A stretch of DNA of 64,000 nucleotides from Podarcis pityusensis. Its lineage: Eukaryota. Location of the stretch: assembly GCA_964106645.2 (NCBI GenBank), contig OZ067051.1. One strand, given 5' to 3'. The notes under the pieces were generated by a model. It did no database searches. It was not told the DNA's origin and saw only the letters and a program-made list of their open reading frames with translations. The position numbers were made by a program, and so were the translations under genes. Position 1 is the stretch's first letter. Each line of letters starts with the position of its first letter. Below are positions 1 to 10,826 of the stretch, piece by piece.

Positions 1-80
1 TGCCAGCCAGCCAGCCTACCTCCCACAGGTATCAGGGTGAATTGTATGCCCAGATAACCAAAATGCTTCTTGCCTTCCAG

Positions 81-180
81 ACACTGAGCCAAGGCCTGGC
101 TCTATCCTCTGGATTTTCATCCCTTTGCTGTGTGTGTTCATCATGGCCCTGGCTACCTTCAGCTTCTTCTGCGTCACCAG
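81..180 (+). CDS. IL4R: IL4R transmembrane exon
   Basis: ttccag|AC...CCAG|gtaggt; encodes TEPRPGSILWIFIPLLCVFIMALATFSFFCVT(R), phase 1 to phase 2. Confidence 0.85.
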
Positions 181-1709
181 GTAGGTCTTGGGTGCCTTGC
201 AAGGTGTTGTCTCCAGGGCTGCCCTTTGCCCACAGCAAAACAAATTAAAAAATGGTCACTTCTGCTTGAAGGTTGCAGGCCTTGTTGGCAGAGGCATTTT
301 CCTGCAACCCTGACAGGAAAGGAAGAGGAAAGTGGCCCCTGTCCCTTCTGAGTCTTCTCCTCATCCTCCTTCCAGCCAAACAGTCTTCCTCAGCTCTCTT
401 ACCTGGTGTTTTTAACCATGCATTTGGCTGCTAGTCACCTCGGAAGGGGGAAGATTGGTTCCTGATGTTCGGAGGGGAGGCAGCCCTTGCAGAGCCCTGT
501 CTCTCCCTTTCTGAGGGCTGGGAAGGACTAACAGGTGGCGCTTTCTTGCTTTGCAGGGTGAAGAAGGGATGGTGGGACCAGATTCCAAACCCCGCCAAGA
601 GCAAAGTGGCCGCTGGTGTGACAGCAGCAGTGGTGCCATTCGGAAACATGGGCCTTGAGCACCCTGTGCATATTCACAGCTGCATTGCATCTGCCAAGCC
701 AGAAACTCAGAAAGAGGAAGACTGCCAGGTCCCTCATGAAGACGCCGTGGCCAAGCTCTTCAGGGACCTTCTCAGTGGGGACCTGAGCAGTGGGGGCACC
801 GGTATCCTGGACGAGCACCCACTTCTCAAGGACCAGGCTCTGGGGCACATGCAGAGTGCTTTTTCCTTTTCTCAAGATGCACCGCTGGACAAGCACCGTG
901 GTGTTTCGGAGACCTCTTCCGAACCTGTCTATCAGAACACCAGCACAGAGACAGTGGCTTCATCCCAGCCAGGCAGTGCTGCCCTGGAACTGCCCCTCAG
1001 CCACAGCCTCTTCTCCCCAGAGGCACAACCCGTCACCACGGACAGACTCTGTCTGCAAGGGGGGGATGGCAGCACAGCCGCCCCCCAGCCCTCGGGCTAC
1101 AAGTGTTTCAGCAGCCTGGTGGTGGAGCCTATGGCCGGCTTCAGCCAGGTCTGTGAGGAGGAGCAAGAGGAGTTTTCTCCTTTCAGGGACCAAATCCAGC
1201 CATTCAGCCATGAATCAGGGCCTTGCCTTGCACCTGTGACTGGCAGCCTGCACCCTGCTTTCCAGGGTGTCTTCCCAGAAGCCCAAGACTCACTTTGCTT
1301 TTCCTCCTGTATGGCAGCTGCAGAGCAAGAGGCGAGGCCAGGCAGCTCCTCCCAACATGCCCCAGGGAAGTCTGGCCCCTGCCCAGCAGCCTCCCTCCTG
1401 GCTGGTTACCGCTCCTTCAGCTCAGCTCTCCAGGAAGGCACAGCCCCCCAGGGCAAGAGTGGCAGCGCTGGTTGTGGCCTAGATGGGCAGTCCCCTTACA
1501 AACCCTTGCTCAGCATTGTCCAGGACAGCCCCGCAGCAGCCACTGGGGTGAGCAGGGTCCTCTTTCACCCTGGCTGGGGGGCTCAGGAGGTAAGAGACCT
1601 GGCCTGGGCAAGTGCACCCTGTGGGGCGGACCTTGACATGCAACAGGTGGCTTCCGATGGATGCTTTAGGGAAGATGTGGCCAGGGACAAAGGCCTTTCA
1701 TACCCCTGA
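81..1709 (+). CDS. IL4R: Interleukin-4 receptor alpha, 3' part: join(81..180,557..1709); 5' exons lie outside the window
   Basis: A 100-nt TM exon splices in frame to RVKKGWWDQIPNPAKSK (human Box1 KIKKEWWDQIPNPARS). The tail has LFRDLL and the STAT6-type motifs GYKCF, GYRSF and PYKPL. The gene lies directly upstream of IL21R. Confidence 0.88.
557..1709 (+). CDS. IL4R: IL4R Box1 plus cytoplasmic tail, terminal coding exon
   Basis: Acceptor ttgctttgcag|G at 556; open frame to TGA at 1707-1709. Confidence 0.85.
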
Positions 1710-2447
1710 GGCCCCTTGTACCTCCTTAATTCCGCCTGAACCAGGCAGTGACCTCCTCCAGGTGGAATTCTCCCTAAATCCAGAGATCCGCTATGCTGTA
1801 AATAGGAAAGCAGCAGCAACCGCATATAGGGTTTGGGGGTTCAGGGAGGAGGAGCTATGGGACTGCAGTCAGAGGAGGAGGATGTATGGGAGAGGGAATT
1901 AAAGGAGGGACAAAAGGTGTTCACCATCCCCTTTAAGCCCAGGTAGGGAAGGGCCCTTATTACCAACAGAGGGCTAAGCCAAAGGCCAGCAAGGAGAGGC
2001 ACCTTCCTGCTTGTAGACCTGCATCTGTGTGGAAACTCTGAGGACAATTTGCTGGACTCAAGGGGCTGCGTTTGGCACTTCTTACATGAATGGGACCTTC
2101 AGGGGGATGGGTGCTTTCTTGACCCAGATTGGGCTGGGGGCTGGAGCACCAGTTGTTCTTGGGCTCAAGTTACTGGACAGTGACCTGCAATGGATTCCAC
2201 ACTGCCTGTCAAGTGTTTCGGTTCTGCCTGCTGACAGGCTCTGAATCCAGCAAGTGGCCAGCTTTTGCTCAGGCACTGCCTTGGTTTTTGCAGAGAACAG
2301 TCTGCCTGCCTGCCTTTTGTTGCTGCTTCTGTACAGGTAAGGAGGTCTTGCTTCATATATCCATAGCAAGCAACAAGGTCTCTGCATGGTGGTGTGACTT
2401 CCTGTGCCCTCTGCCAGAGATCAGATAAGAGGAGGGGAAGCAGGCTG

Positions 2448-2453
2448 AATAAA
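2448..2453 (+). other. Candidate IL4R polyadenylation signal AATAAA (alternative ATTAAA at 2531-2536)
   Basis: First AATAAA I found downstream of the stop codon. Confidence 0.4.
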
Positions 2454-3240
2454 GGGACACTCTGGGACTGCTTTTGGTGATGGGGATGCCAGGAAGTATC
2501 GCCAAGTGACTGAGACAACACTATTCTAGCATTAAAGTTTTTTATCCATATGATCCAGCTTTATTGCACTTATTCCACTCAAGGTGTGATAATAGGCAGG
2601 ATGGCATTTCCAAAAGGAGGAAAAGAAGCTTGCATGGGGAAGGACCTGTCATGGACCCCCCATGGAGGCTGAGGCTGCTGCTCCCAGCTGGCGAAGAGAA
2701 GACTATGTGGCTGTGGGCAGCCCAGATGGACCATTCTGGCATCATAGTGCGCCCGCGTCTCACAGGTACCTGTAGAATGAAAGGCTTCTGAGAAGATGAG
2801 AAGCTATCCAGGCAAATGGAAGCTTCACAAGAAAGGAAGTGGTTAGAAACATTCAAGTACAGAACCTGAATGTTGAAGCACATTTGCATAAATCTGCATA
2901 ACCTTTTAAATGTATGAGTGCAGATTCCTGCCAGCTCTCAGCCTCTTGCTGCTGGCTTACTGAGCCACGGGGTGCAGCCAGGATTTGATAGGCACAGTAG
3001 GCTGTGTGTGGATTGGACCCTCTGAAGGTTGAAGCAAAAGTTTAGTTACCTGCCAATTAAGATGCATGACTTGAACTGTGCAATATAAAATTTTTCGTAC
3101 CTCCACTGCTGGGGATCTGAGTGATTTGAGGTCCCTGCCATACTACACCTCCGTGGAGGCAGGATCTGTCTTCCTCAGCTGACCCCCTTATCTTAAAGGC
3201 TCCTCAAAGAGCTCCCAGATGGCCTTGCAGTGACTCTTGG

Positions 3241-3254
3241 ACACAAGGGGGCAG
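3241..3254 (+). promoter_or_regulatory. CTCF-like motif between IL4R and IL21R
   Basis: ACACAAGGGGGCAG resembles CCASYAGRKGGCRS with two mismatches. Confidence 0.25.
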
Positions 3255-3824
3255 CAGTCCTCCAGGAAGCTCTAAGCCTGCTGGCCCCCAGCTCACCATC
3301 TTCCATCAGGCCACAGAGGACCTTAAACCCACACCAGCCAGCTGCGCCCAGCAGCAGCAGCACCCCACTCTTGTCCTTGGCTAAACCCTAGAATGAGAAA
3401 GGGCTCTTGCCCAGCGCATTAGTTTGGTGCCCTGCTGCTCGGCATGAATTGTGTTCAATTCCCAAAGTGCCACTCCTCCCCTTCACTGGGTTGGTGAGCA
3501 AAATGCGCAGCACAGCATGCAGCAGATGTGGAAAGCCCCCAGCTGATTCGCAGAAGAGAACTTGACTCCAGGAAGAGCCTGCTTTGCATGAAGTTGGGAG
3601 GTGACTATTGAACTAGTGGGCGGGCAGGCAGCTGGTAGCAACCCTGGGCCTTCCGTAGCAGCCCACGCTCCACACTTCTGCTATTTCTGCCCTTTGTTCC
3701 AGCCCCACCCAGTTATATGCTGGATGGTAAGAAACCTGCCGTCCAAAAGAAAAAGAAAAAAAACAGGATTTTTTCTGGTGGAGGCAAGCACAGAACACCC
3801 ATTCATTCTGTAGACTATAACGGT

Positions 3825-3912
3825 ACAAGCCTAAACATGCCTACTTGGAAGTGATTCCTACTGAATTCAGTAGGGTTTACTCCCAGGTAAATGGGGTTAG
3901 AATTGCCGCCTA
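3825..3912. repeat. Short squamate interspersed repeat (related copy near 53950-54040)
   Basis: Both loci share the core cc(t/c)actga...tactcccaggtaa. Confidence 0.5.
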
Positions 3913-3989
3913 ACTGGCCCTAACCTAGAGCTTTAAAGTTCCTTGGATAGCTCCGTCATCAGACTCCTAATCATACGTTGGGCAAAAGG

Positions 3990-4056
3990 TTTCCTGCATT
4001 GCAGAGGGTTGGACCAGCTGACCCTTGTGGTTCCTTTCAACTCTACCATTCTCTAA
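3990..4056 (+). mobile_element. CR1-type 3' end (LINE or SINE tail)
   Basis: cctgcattgcagagggttggac...caactctaccattct; reverse-complement match to the tail at 56144-56215. Confidence 0.6.
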
Positions 4057-4536
4057 TTCATTTGGTACTTAATGCTTCACAACTCTTGATGAAAAAGCTT
4101 GGTAAAGGAGAAGCAGGCTGCTAGACAGGGAAGGAAAAGCCAGCAGAAAACACCACCTACTTTCCATTGACAGAAGCCATCACTGGATCAAGGTACTTTC
4201 TGTGAATGGGTGGATGCTACCATCCCTGCCATGCTAGTTCACTTCAGTTCAGCTGTAATCTATATTCCCTTTTCATAGAATCGGGCGTATTATGTGCTGC
4301 TTTTCACATTCTGCTTCTATCAGGGATACTGATTGTCATGTTCAGTGCAGCTGAGGATAATCGGAAGATAAAATAACCACATTTAAAGAAGAGTGGTGTG
4401 TTACTACACCCTCAAAAGTATACATATATTGTTATGAAACACTGAAGCATAGTGCGGTATATATTAGATTAATTGGCGCCTATTCTGAGCAGGTCTTGAC
4501 TCGATAATTGCAATTTACCTGACAGTAGTATAATTA

Positions 4537-4830
4537 GGGCAGATGGGGCTCGTCAACCTGGGAAGGTAGCCGAGCTAGGAGAAAGTAAACTCTTGTCTTA
4601 AACCTGCACTGCCTTGCAACTATACTCATTTGTGTGAAAGTCTTTGGTAGTAAATCCCGTACTCACTGCCTTGCAGAACATATTCAGGAGAAAAAATGGT
4701 TACGGAGTAAACCCTACACAAATCCAGAGTGGAGTCCCTAAGGTGGTAGGATGGCATCTTGTAGACTTCCTTCCAGCAACTCCTGCAGCCCAGCAGGTGC
4801 CAAATGTATTGTTTTGCTTTCTTTTGACCA
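4537..4830 (+). mobile_element. Putative RTE-clade LINE 5'-UTR fragment
   Basis: gggcagatggggctcgtcaacctgggaagg...ctaggagaaagtaaactct resembles RTE 5' UTRs (recognised from memory only). Confidence 0.35.
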
Positions 4831-5912
4831 CCTTTGAAAACCTCCCAACAGCAGAGGGACACTGCAAAGGGATGGTATCCACAATATACAAAATACTGTT
4901 CCAAAATCCCACAAACCCCCTTGACACAATCAAAGAACAATGGGAGCACAACATAGGCTATGAAATTAACCCCACCCAATGAATTAGAAGGTGGTCTAAA
5001 CCTCCCTTTAAGTCCATATCAGCCAAAAGAAGGGAACTCACTCTGAAACTCATCTACAGGTGGTACTTAACACCATGGAAACTGGCACTGATACACACAG
5101 GAAACTTGCCAAGATGCTGGAGAGGCTGCATCTCCACAGGCACATACCTCCACATGTGGTGGGAATGCCCTAAAACCAACCCTTCTGGACTGCAGTCCTA
5201 CGAGAGGTATGCAAAATAACTAAACAGGTATTAGAACTTACCCCATAACTGGCCCTACTGAACATCGTCCTAGAACACAATGATCATTCACATTATACAG
5301 AGCTTATAACCCAACTACTCTCAGCAGCCAAAAGCCTCATAGCCAGACACTGGAGAGACCTGTCAGGAGTAAACATGGACCAATGGTATCCAATTGTATG
5401 GGAAACGACCTTAATAGAAAGGCTAACCAACAAACTGAAACTGTCACAGGGACAAATAGAAGAAGACACCTTCACCCCAGAATGGCTCTCCTTTATCACA
5501 TACAGTACACAGCCCAACAAGACAACAACAAGAATCCACTGACAGCATACGAATCAATCTGGATTACTTGACCCAACAAGCCCCCCCCCCCAATGCAAAA
5601 GATCCCACTGCAGCCAGCCACAGACAACCAACCACACCCTGCCCCCCAATACCTCCCAGAACCAAGGAAATGTATGGTAATAAATGAACAGAAAGAAAAC
5701 CTACCCAGTTGATGCTGGCACAAAACCCTACACGTTCACTATACAAAAGAATATAAGCCTCACCACACCACCCCTCCTCTCCTCCAACCTTATACTGTAC
5801 TCAACACTAATGTCTCACAAAAAAACTGATTTGTAATAAATACTGCACAACCTGAAAAAAAGAAACAAGGCGTGTAATCCAAGAAAATCTTTAATAATTT
5901 TTTTTAATAAAG
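4830..5912 (+). mobile_element. L1/Tx1-clade LINE, degraded 3' part of ORF2 and 3' UTR
   Basis: Translates KGMVSTIYKIL...KEQWE...LIYRWYLTP...RCWRGC..TGTYLHMWWECPK (C-terminal zinc knuckle at ~5112-5170) with stops; A-rich end. Confidence 0.8.
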
Positions 5913-6690
5913 TCAATAGAGTTAGAGCAAATATACATAATCAAATGGCGTGCTTGGTTTGCCTAAACACTACAATTTCTAGCAGGCACCAAAAACAGAA
6001 CAGCCTGATCTCAATAGGCAGGGAGTTCCAGAGCATAGATGGACTGTTGCCCTCCAAGGCAGATTCTTGAGAGCCTGCTGCAGCTGCCAGGCCCTCCCAT
6101 AGCTGTTATGGAAAGAGCCACCCCACCCCCATGTCTCCCATCCCCTCCATCCCATCTCTGTGGTCCTCCTTGTGCTGGAGAAGAGCCTAGAGGGCTCATG
6201 TGGATTCCCTGAATGTTCAAGGTTCTAGATCTCACAGGGAGCCCACACAAGGCCAGGTGACAGACAGGCCCTAGAGAGTAGGGACCCTTGAGCGTGCTCC
6301 CACTTTCCCCCAATTCACTTGGTGGTGCACACCTGAATGGGGTTTATGGGGAGGAGGTGCGTGGCAAACTCTCTCTTGGCCACAGAGGGTCATGGGTTGC
6401 TGCAGGCTGCAAATTGCCGCCTGGTTGAGTCCTGTTTTCTCTGCTTTTTAAAAGCAGCCAGCGGCTTTTGCTCTAGGCTTCAGTGCTCTAACCGCCTCTG
6501 CTGCATCGCTGGCTACTGCTTTACCTGCAGGTTGCAAAGCAAACGCTGTCTGCCTACAGGATGCTGATTTCAGTTGTGGGGAGGAGTGAAGGGTAGGGGA
6601 GCTGGCTGAGGACACTACCACCACCTCCTCCTTCTCTCACCTCATGTCCTCACCACATCCTCCTGCTTGTACAGTAATATCAGGGCGAGC

Positions 6691-6834
6691 TGACGTCACG
6701 CCTGTTCCAGAACCAAATCTAGTTATGACTCATCAAGGCATTTGCACCTCTAGAAGGCAACCATCGCAGGAGGCTGAGCGAGGACCCACCAGGCGACAAT
6801 GGCCAATGGACCAGAGCAGTGAAGCTGGGTAAGT
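6691..6834 (+). promoter_or_regulatory. Candidate IL21R promoter and non-coding first exon
   Basis: CRE TGACGTCA at 6691-6698, AP-1 TGACTCA at 6726-6732, consensus donor G|GTAAGT at 6829. The first coding exon starts with an acceptor (10743), so an upstream exon is expected. Confidence 0.4.
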
Positions 6835-8439
6835 GAGGGGCTGCCCAGGGTTGGTGGCTTCCAGGCAGGGAGTCGGGGGGGGGGGGGACAATAACGTTGG
6901 GCACAATGAGGAGTGTTGGGAAGAGACACCAAACATGCGGCTGAGCGTTTGGTCACCATGATAGGAGTTCCTCCTGCTGCCAGGGCCTGACCCCATGCTT
7001 GGAAGCATGGAGTCATGGGCAGCAGGCAAATCCACCTTCTGTAGCCTCCTTTGGCCATGTTCTGTCCCCCGCCCCATTCTGGAATGGGTGCGTCCACACA
7101 GTGGAAGGAGGAGATGCCACCAACCTGATATGAGAACATAAGGAGATTCTGCTGGATCAGACCAAAGGGGGCCCATTGAGAAGGTGCTGGGAATTGCTGG
7201 TGGAGAAGCAACTCCAGGCCTGGCTGGCAGCTTCATTTTCTCCATATGTATCGAAAAGGTAAAGCTTCACATTCCTGCTGGTCTGGCCCATCAGCTAAAA
7301 ATGGTATGACATGAGAGTTGTGTGAATGGGCTCTTACACAGGTGAAAAAGAATGTAGTAGCAGTGGATGGAGGGAGATTTGGATCAGGACATCAATTAGG
7401 AGACTGCAGCTTAGTTCTTCCAACCATTTTCCTGGAAAGAAAACGCGGAAAGTTTTAATGGTGACCAGCCAGATGGCTCTGGGAAGTCCATAGGCAGGAC
7501 ACAAACTTTGTTGCTCTCTTTGCCATTCTGAATGCTAACACAAACATCCATACAAAAATGGTACCTCACTCTCTTTTTCATATAGTCTTCTCTCAAGCAT
7601 TTTTCTTTTTTTGACAGTATAAAAATTTCCCAGGTTTGTTAATAAATCAGCCCAGCCATCGCAACTGAATTTAGCACTAGTTGGACTTTTCTTTGAAATC
7701 CTGACTGAGTCATTTCTGAATACCACTTGGCGGGTTCACGATCCACCAGAGGTTGCAATTCTCCCCCTAAATCTGCGTAGGGTTACATTTCTAGTAAGCC
7801 TCACTGAGAGGTATCTGGAATGAAAACTAATAAATTTATCTCACAGTGTGAGAGGGGCCTATTAAACCACCAGTTCCTTTTTTGAGCAAGTTACATTTTA
7901 AATATTTAAATTTCTCTTTGTAATATTCATGTGGTGTCAGTCAAGAGATTCAAAGAAATTGGCTCTGTGGTTCTCCTCAGCCAAATCTGGTGCACCAACA
8001 TCCCTCTCCATTGCTCTGGAGATGATGGACTTCTCCTTGAGTGGATCCTTGTTTTGTTTTATGGGGCTCTAAACCATTATTTTCCAGAACAAACAAATCA
8101 TTTGTGCCTTGAGTGAATTACTCTTCTGTATACAAATAGATTTACCTCTCAAAACCTTGTCAAGTGCTCTGTTTTTCCCCTGAGCGGTTCTCTTAAGGAA
8201 TAAATAGCTAATTTTGGTGGGTTGACTCATTTTATGATTTGACAAAGCCTTTTACCCAGATTTGTTTGTTGTCTGGAACAGGGTTATAATTTTTCAGAAA
8301 TCAGCAGATAATTGAAGCCTGATTGTTTTCATCTTTGTGAATTAGAAATAAAAACAAAAAGGCTACGTCTGATGTAACTCAGTGAGACTTGCAATTGACC
8401 ACCATTGTGAGGTCCACTTCATATCTACATTTGCGTTTG

Positions 8440-8655
8440 CATTTTATTTATTATTACCATCTTTTATCCCACCTTTATATCCCTCCTTTTCCTGCAAGGA
8501 GCTCAAAGTAGCATACACCCTTCTCTCTCCCCCCCGCCCCCCACTATTTAATCCTATTAACAAAAGAGGTAGGTTAGGCAGTGACTGGCCCAGTATCACC
8601 CTTCAGTGGACTTGATGGCTGAGTAGGTTTTGAACCCTAGTCTCCTAGTCAACTA
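8440..8655 (-). mobile_element. CORE/MIR-like SINE fragment
   Basis: gtgactggcccagtatcaccc...ggctgagtaggttttgaaccctagtctcc (reversed tRNA head and core) with an A-rich tail on the minus strand. Confidence 0.55.
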
Positions 8656-9039
8656 CATTTGTTAAATTTCATCCCAGTTGTCCTTTCTGTCAAGGTCATT
8701 TGTTTTTCCTGTTACCCTGAGCTTTGCTAATTTGAAAAGAACCCCCTCCATCTCTCAACTGAGTTACTGTGATAAAAACGTTGAAAAGTACCTAGCCAAG
8801 GATGGAGACACACTCCCCCTCCCCATTTTGATGAGGAGCCATGGATTGCTTTCCAACAGCTGTGAATCCACCTGACAGTATTTTCATCTGGCCTGTACCG
8901 AACCTGTCTGAGAACATCTTGAGTGGTTTTCCAAAATTGCAGTAACAGAAGCTCAGCTAGAAGATGTACCACAGATCAGGGAAGGAGTCAACCAGTTCAA
9001 GAGGATGTTGGTGTGGTTAATGAACAGAGACACAGAAGC

Positions 9040-10242
9040 TTTTGGAGGCAAGAGTGCTTCCTTCAGAAAGTGGGACAGGAAACCGAGAACAGGAATAAAT
9101 GGACAGCTTTCACAATGGAGAGGTGTATGGCATGGGGCTCCCTGTGGATCTGTATTGAGAAGGCCTATGCTTTTCAACTAATTTTGTCAATGACCTGGTG
9201 CAGTGCATTGTCCAGGTTTAGTGATGACACCAAATTTTTCAGGATGGATAAAGCAAAATGGGATTGGGTAGAGCTCCTGGAGGATCTCTGTACATTAGTC
9301 CAGTCCTGCTGGATCAGGCCAAAGGGGGACCAATGAGTCTCCTTCCCCTCCTGGGCAGCCAGATGCCTATAGGAAGCCCACAGGTAGGAGGACATGATGA
9401 TGGGACTATAACCTGCATTTGGTTGACCAATAAAATCTGGTGGTGATGATATATAGACAAGTAGAATCCATTGATAGCTCTATCCTCCATGAATTGGTCT
9501 AATCACGTTTTAAAGGCATGTGATGTGGATTCCTTAGTTCAACTATGCGCTGCATGAAGGACTTTATTTTATCCAGTGCTTTCCCCCCTAGAAAAATAGG
9601 TGCCGGTACTCACCGTGAAGTTGTTACAATAAGTGCCCCACTTTTTTACAACAACAAAAAAGAGGTGCCAGTACTGCTTACCCTCTAGTACTCCCTGGAA
9701 AGAAAGAAAAAGCACTGCTTTTATCTATCTTGAATTTTTCAGCATTCAGCTTCATTGAATGTTCATGAGTTCTCCACCCACATTCTCTGTGTCATGCATA
9801 ATTCTATAAATTTCTGTTATGTTGTCTCTTACTCACCTTTTCTCTAAAAGTCCCAAATGCTGAAGTCTTTCTTCATAATTTTGCTTGCCCCTTTCTGAAC
9901 CTTTCCCAACTCTTCCCAACTCAATTATCCTTTTAGAGTTGAAGTTATCAGAACTGTACACAATATTCCAAATGTAGTCTCATTTGTATAATGGCATTAT
10001 GATGCTGGCAGATTTATCTTCCATTTCCCCCCCACTAATGATCCCTACTATGGAATAATGCATTTTTCACAGCTGCTAAATACTGGGTCAATGTCTTCTC
10101 TGAGCTATCTATTATGACCTCAAGATTTCATTTCTGGTCTGTCACCACCAGTTTAAACCACATGAGAAATTTAGACCATATGGGAAATTATGTTTTTATT
10201 TGTTTGTTTCATCACTTGACACTCATTTACAGTGAATTTACA
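9040..10242. mobile_element. CR1 LINE relic in two opposite-orientation pieces (+ ~9040-9295; - ~9296-10242)
   Basis: The + piece has a degenerate GVPQGSVL region and SRFSDDTKFFR. The - piece starts KFTVNECQVM and runs to the CR1 3' end (cctgctggatcaggcc at ~9305). Confidence 0.7.
9574..9717. mobile_element. hAT-type MITE nested in CR1
   Basis: TIRs cagtgcttt/aaagcactg; 8-bp TSD attttatc/cttttatc. Confidence 0.7.
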
Positions 10243-10774
10243 AGGTGAGAAACAGATAAGGGGCGAGTGGCAAAGCCTTGGAGAATATTTTAAAAGATAT
10301 GATAATAAAACTAACCTACAAGTAGGGGTAATTTCATGAGCAACAGTTAACAACAATGGAGGAATTAAAAGGAGAAAAATAGGGTCGGAGAATTATCAGA
10401 TATGCAGCAATGTAAGGTACACCTAGAATGCTATGGTATGTTGGGTTGGGATGTCTGTAGCAACATTTTGTATGATGGAAAATGTATGATGTGTAAATAG
10501 AAAAATGGAAAATGCATAAATTAAAATAAAATAAGAATACAGTGAATTGCATGTCTGTGCGTATCCTGCTGTGAGGGCACCTTGACAGCTCAAAAACTGT
10601 GAGTTTGCAATCTGGCTGGTCTTTGAGGATTTGGACTCCAGATGCTCCTCTCACTCAGTGCCTGAAAGTTTCTGGGATCCCTTCCTGGAATCTCACATTC
10701 CTCTCTCTCATTCCTGACAAAGTTGCTCTGAATTGTCTTGCAGGGAGCCCCAAGGGACTGTGGCAAGAGGAAGG

Positions 10775-10826
10775 ATGGCAGGCCAGGTGTGGGGATGGCT
10801 GCTGCTGCTGCTCTTCCTTCAGCAAG
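10775..10826 (+). CDS. IL21R: IL21R coding exon 1, signal peptide
   Basis: MAGQVWGWLLLLLFLQQ|gtaagc; exon acceptor at 10743. Confidence 0.85.

Noticed and set aside
465-556. ATG at 465 as the start of a 414-aa single-exon gene
   Set aside because: 465-556 is intronic; the acceptor at 556 joins in phase to the TM exon at 81-180.
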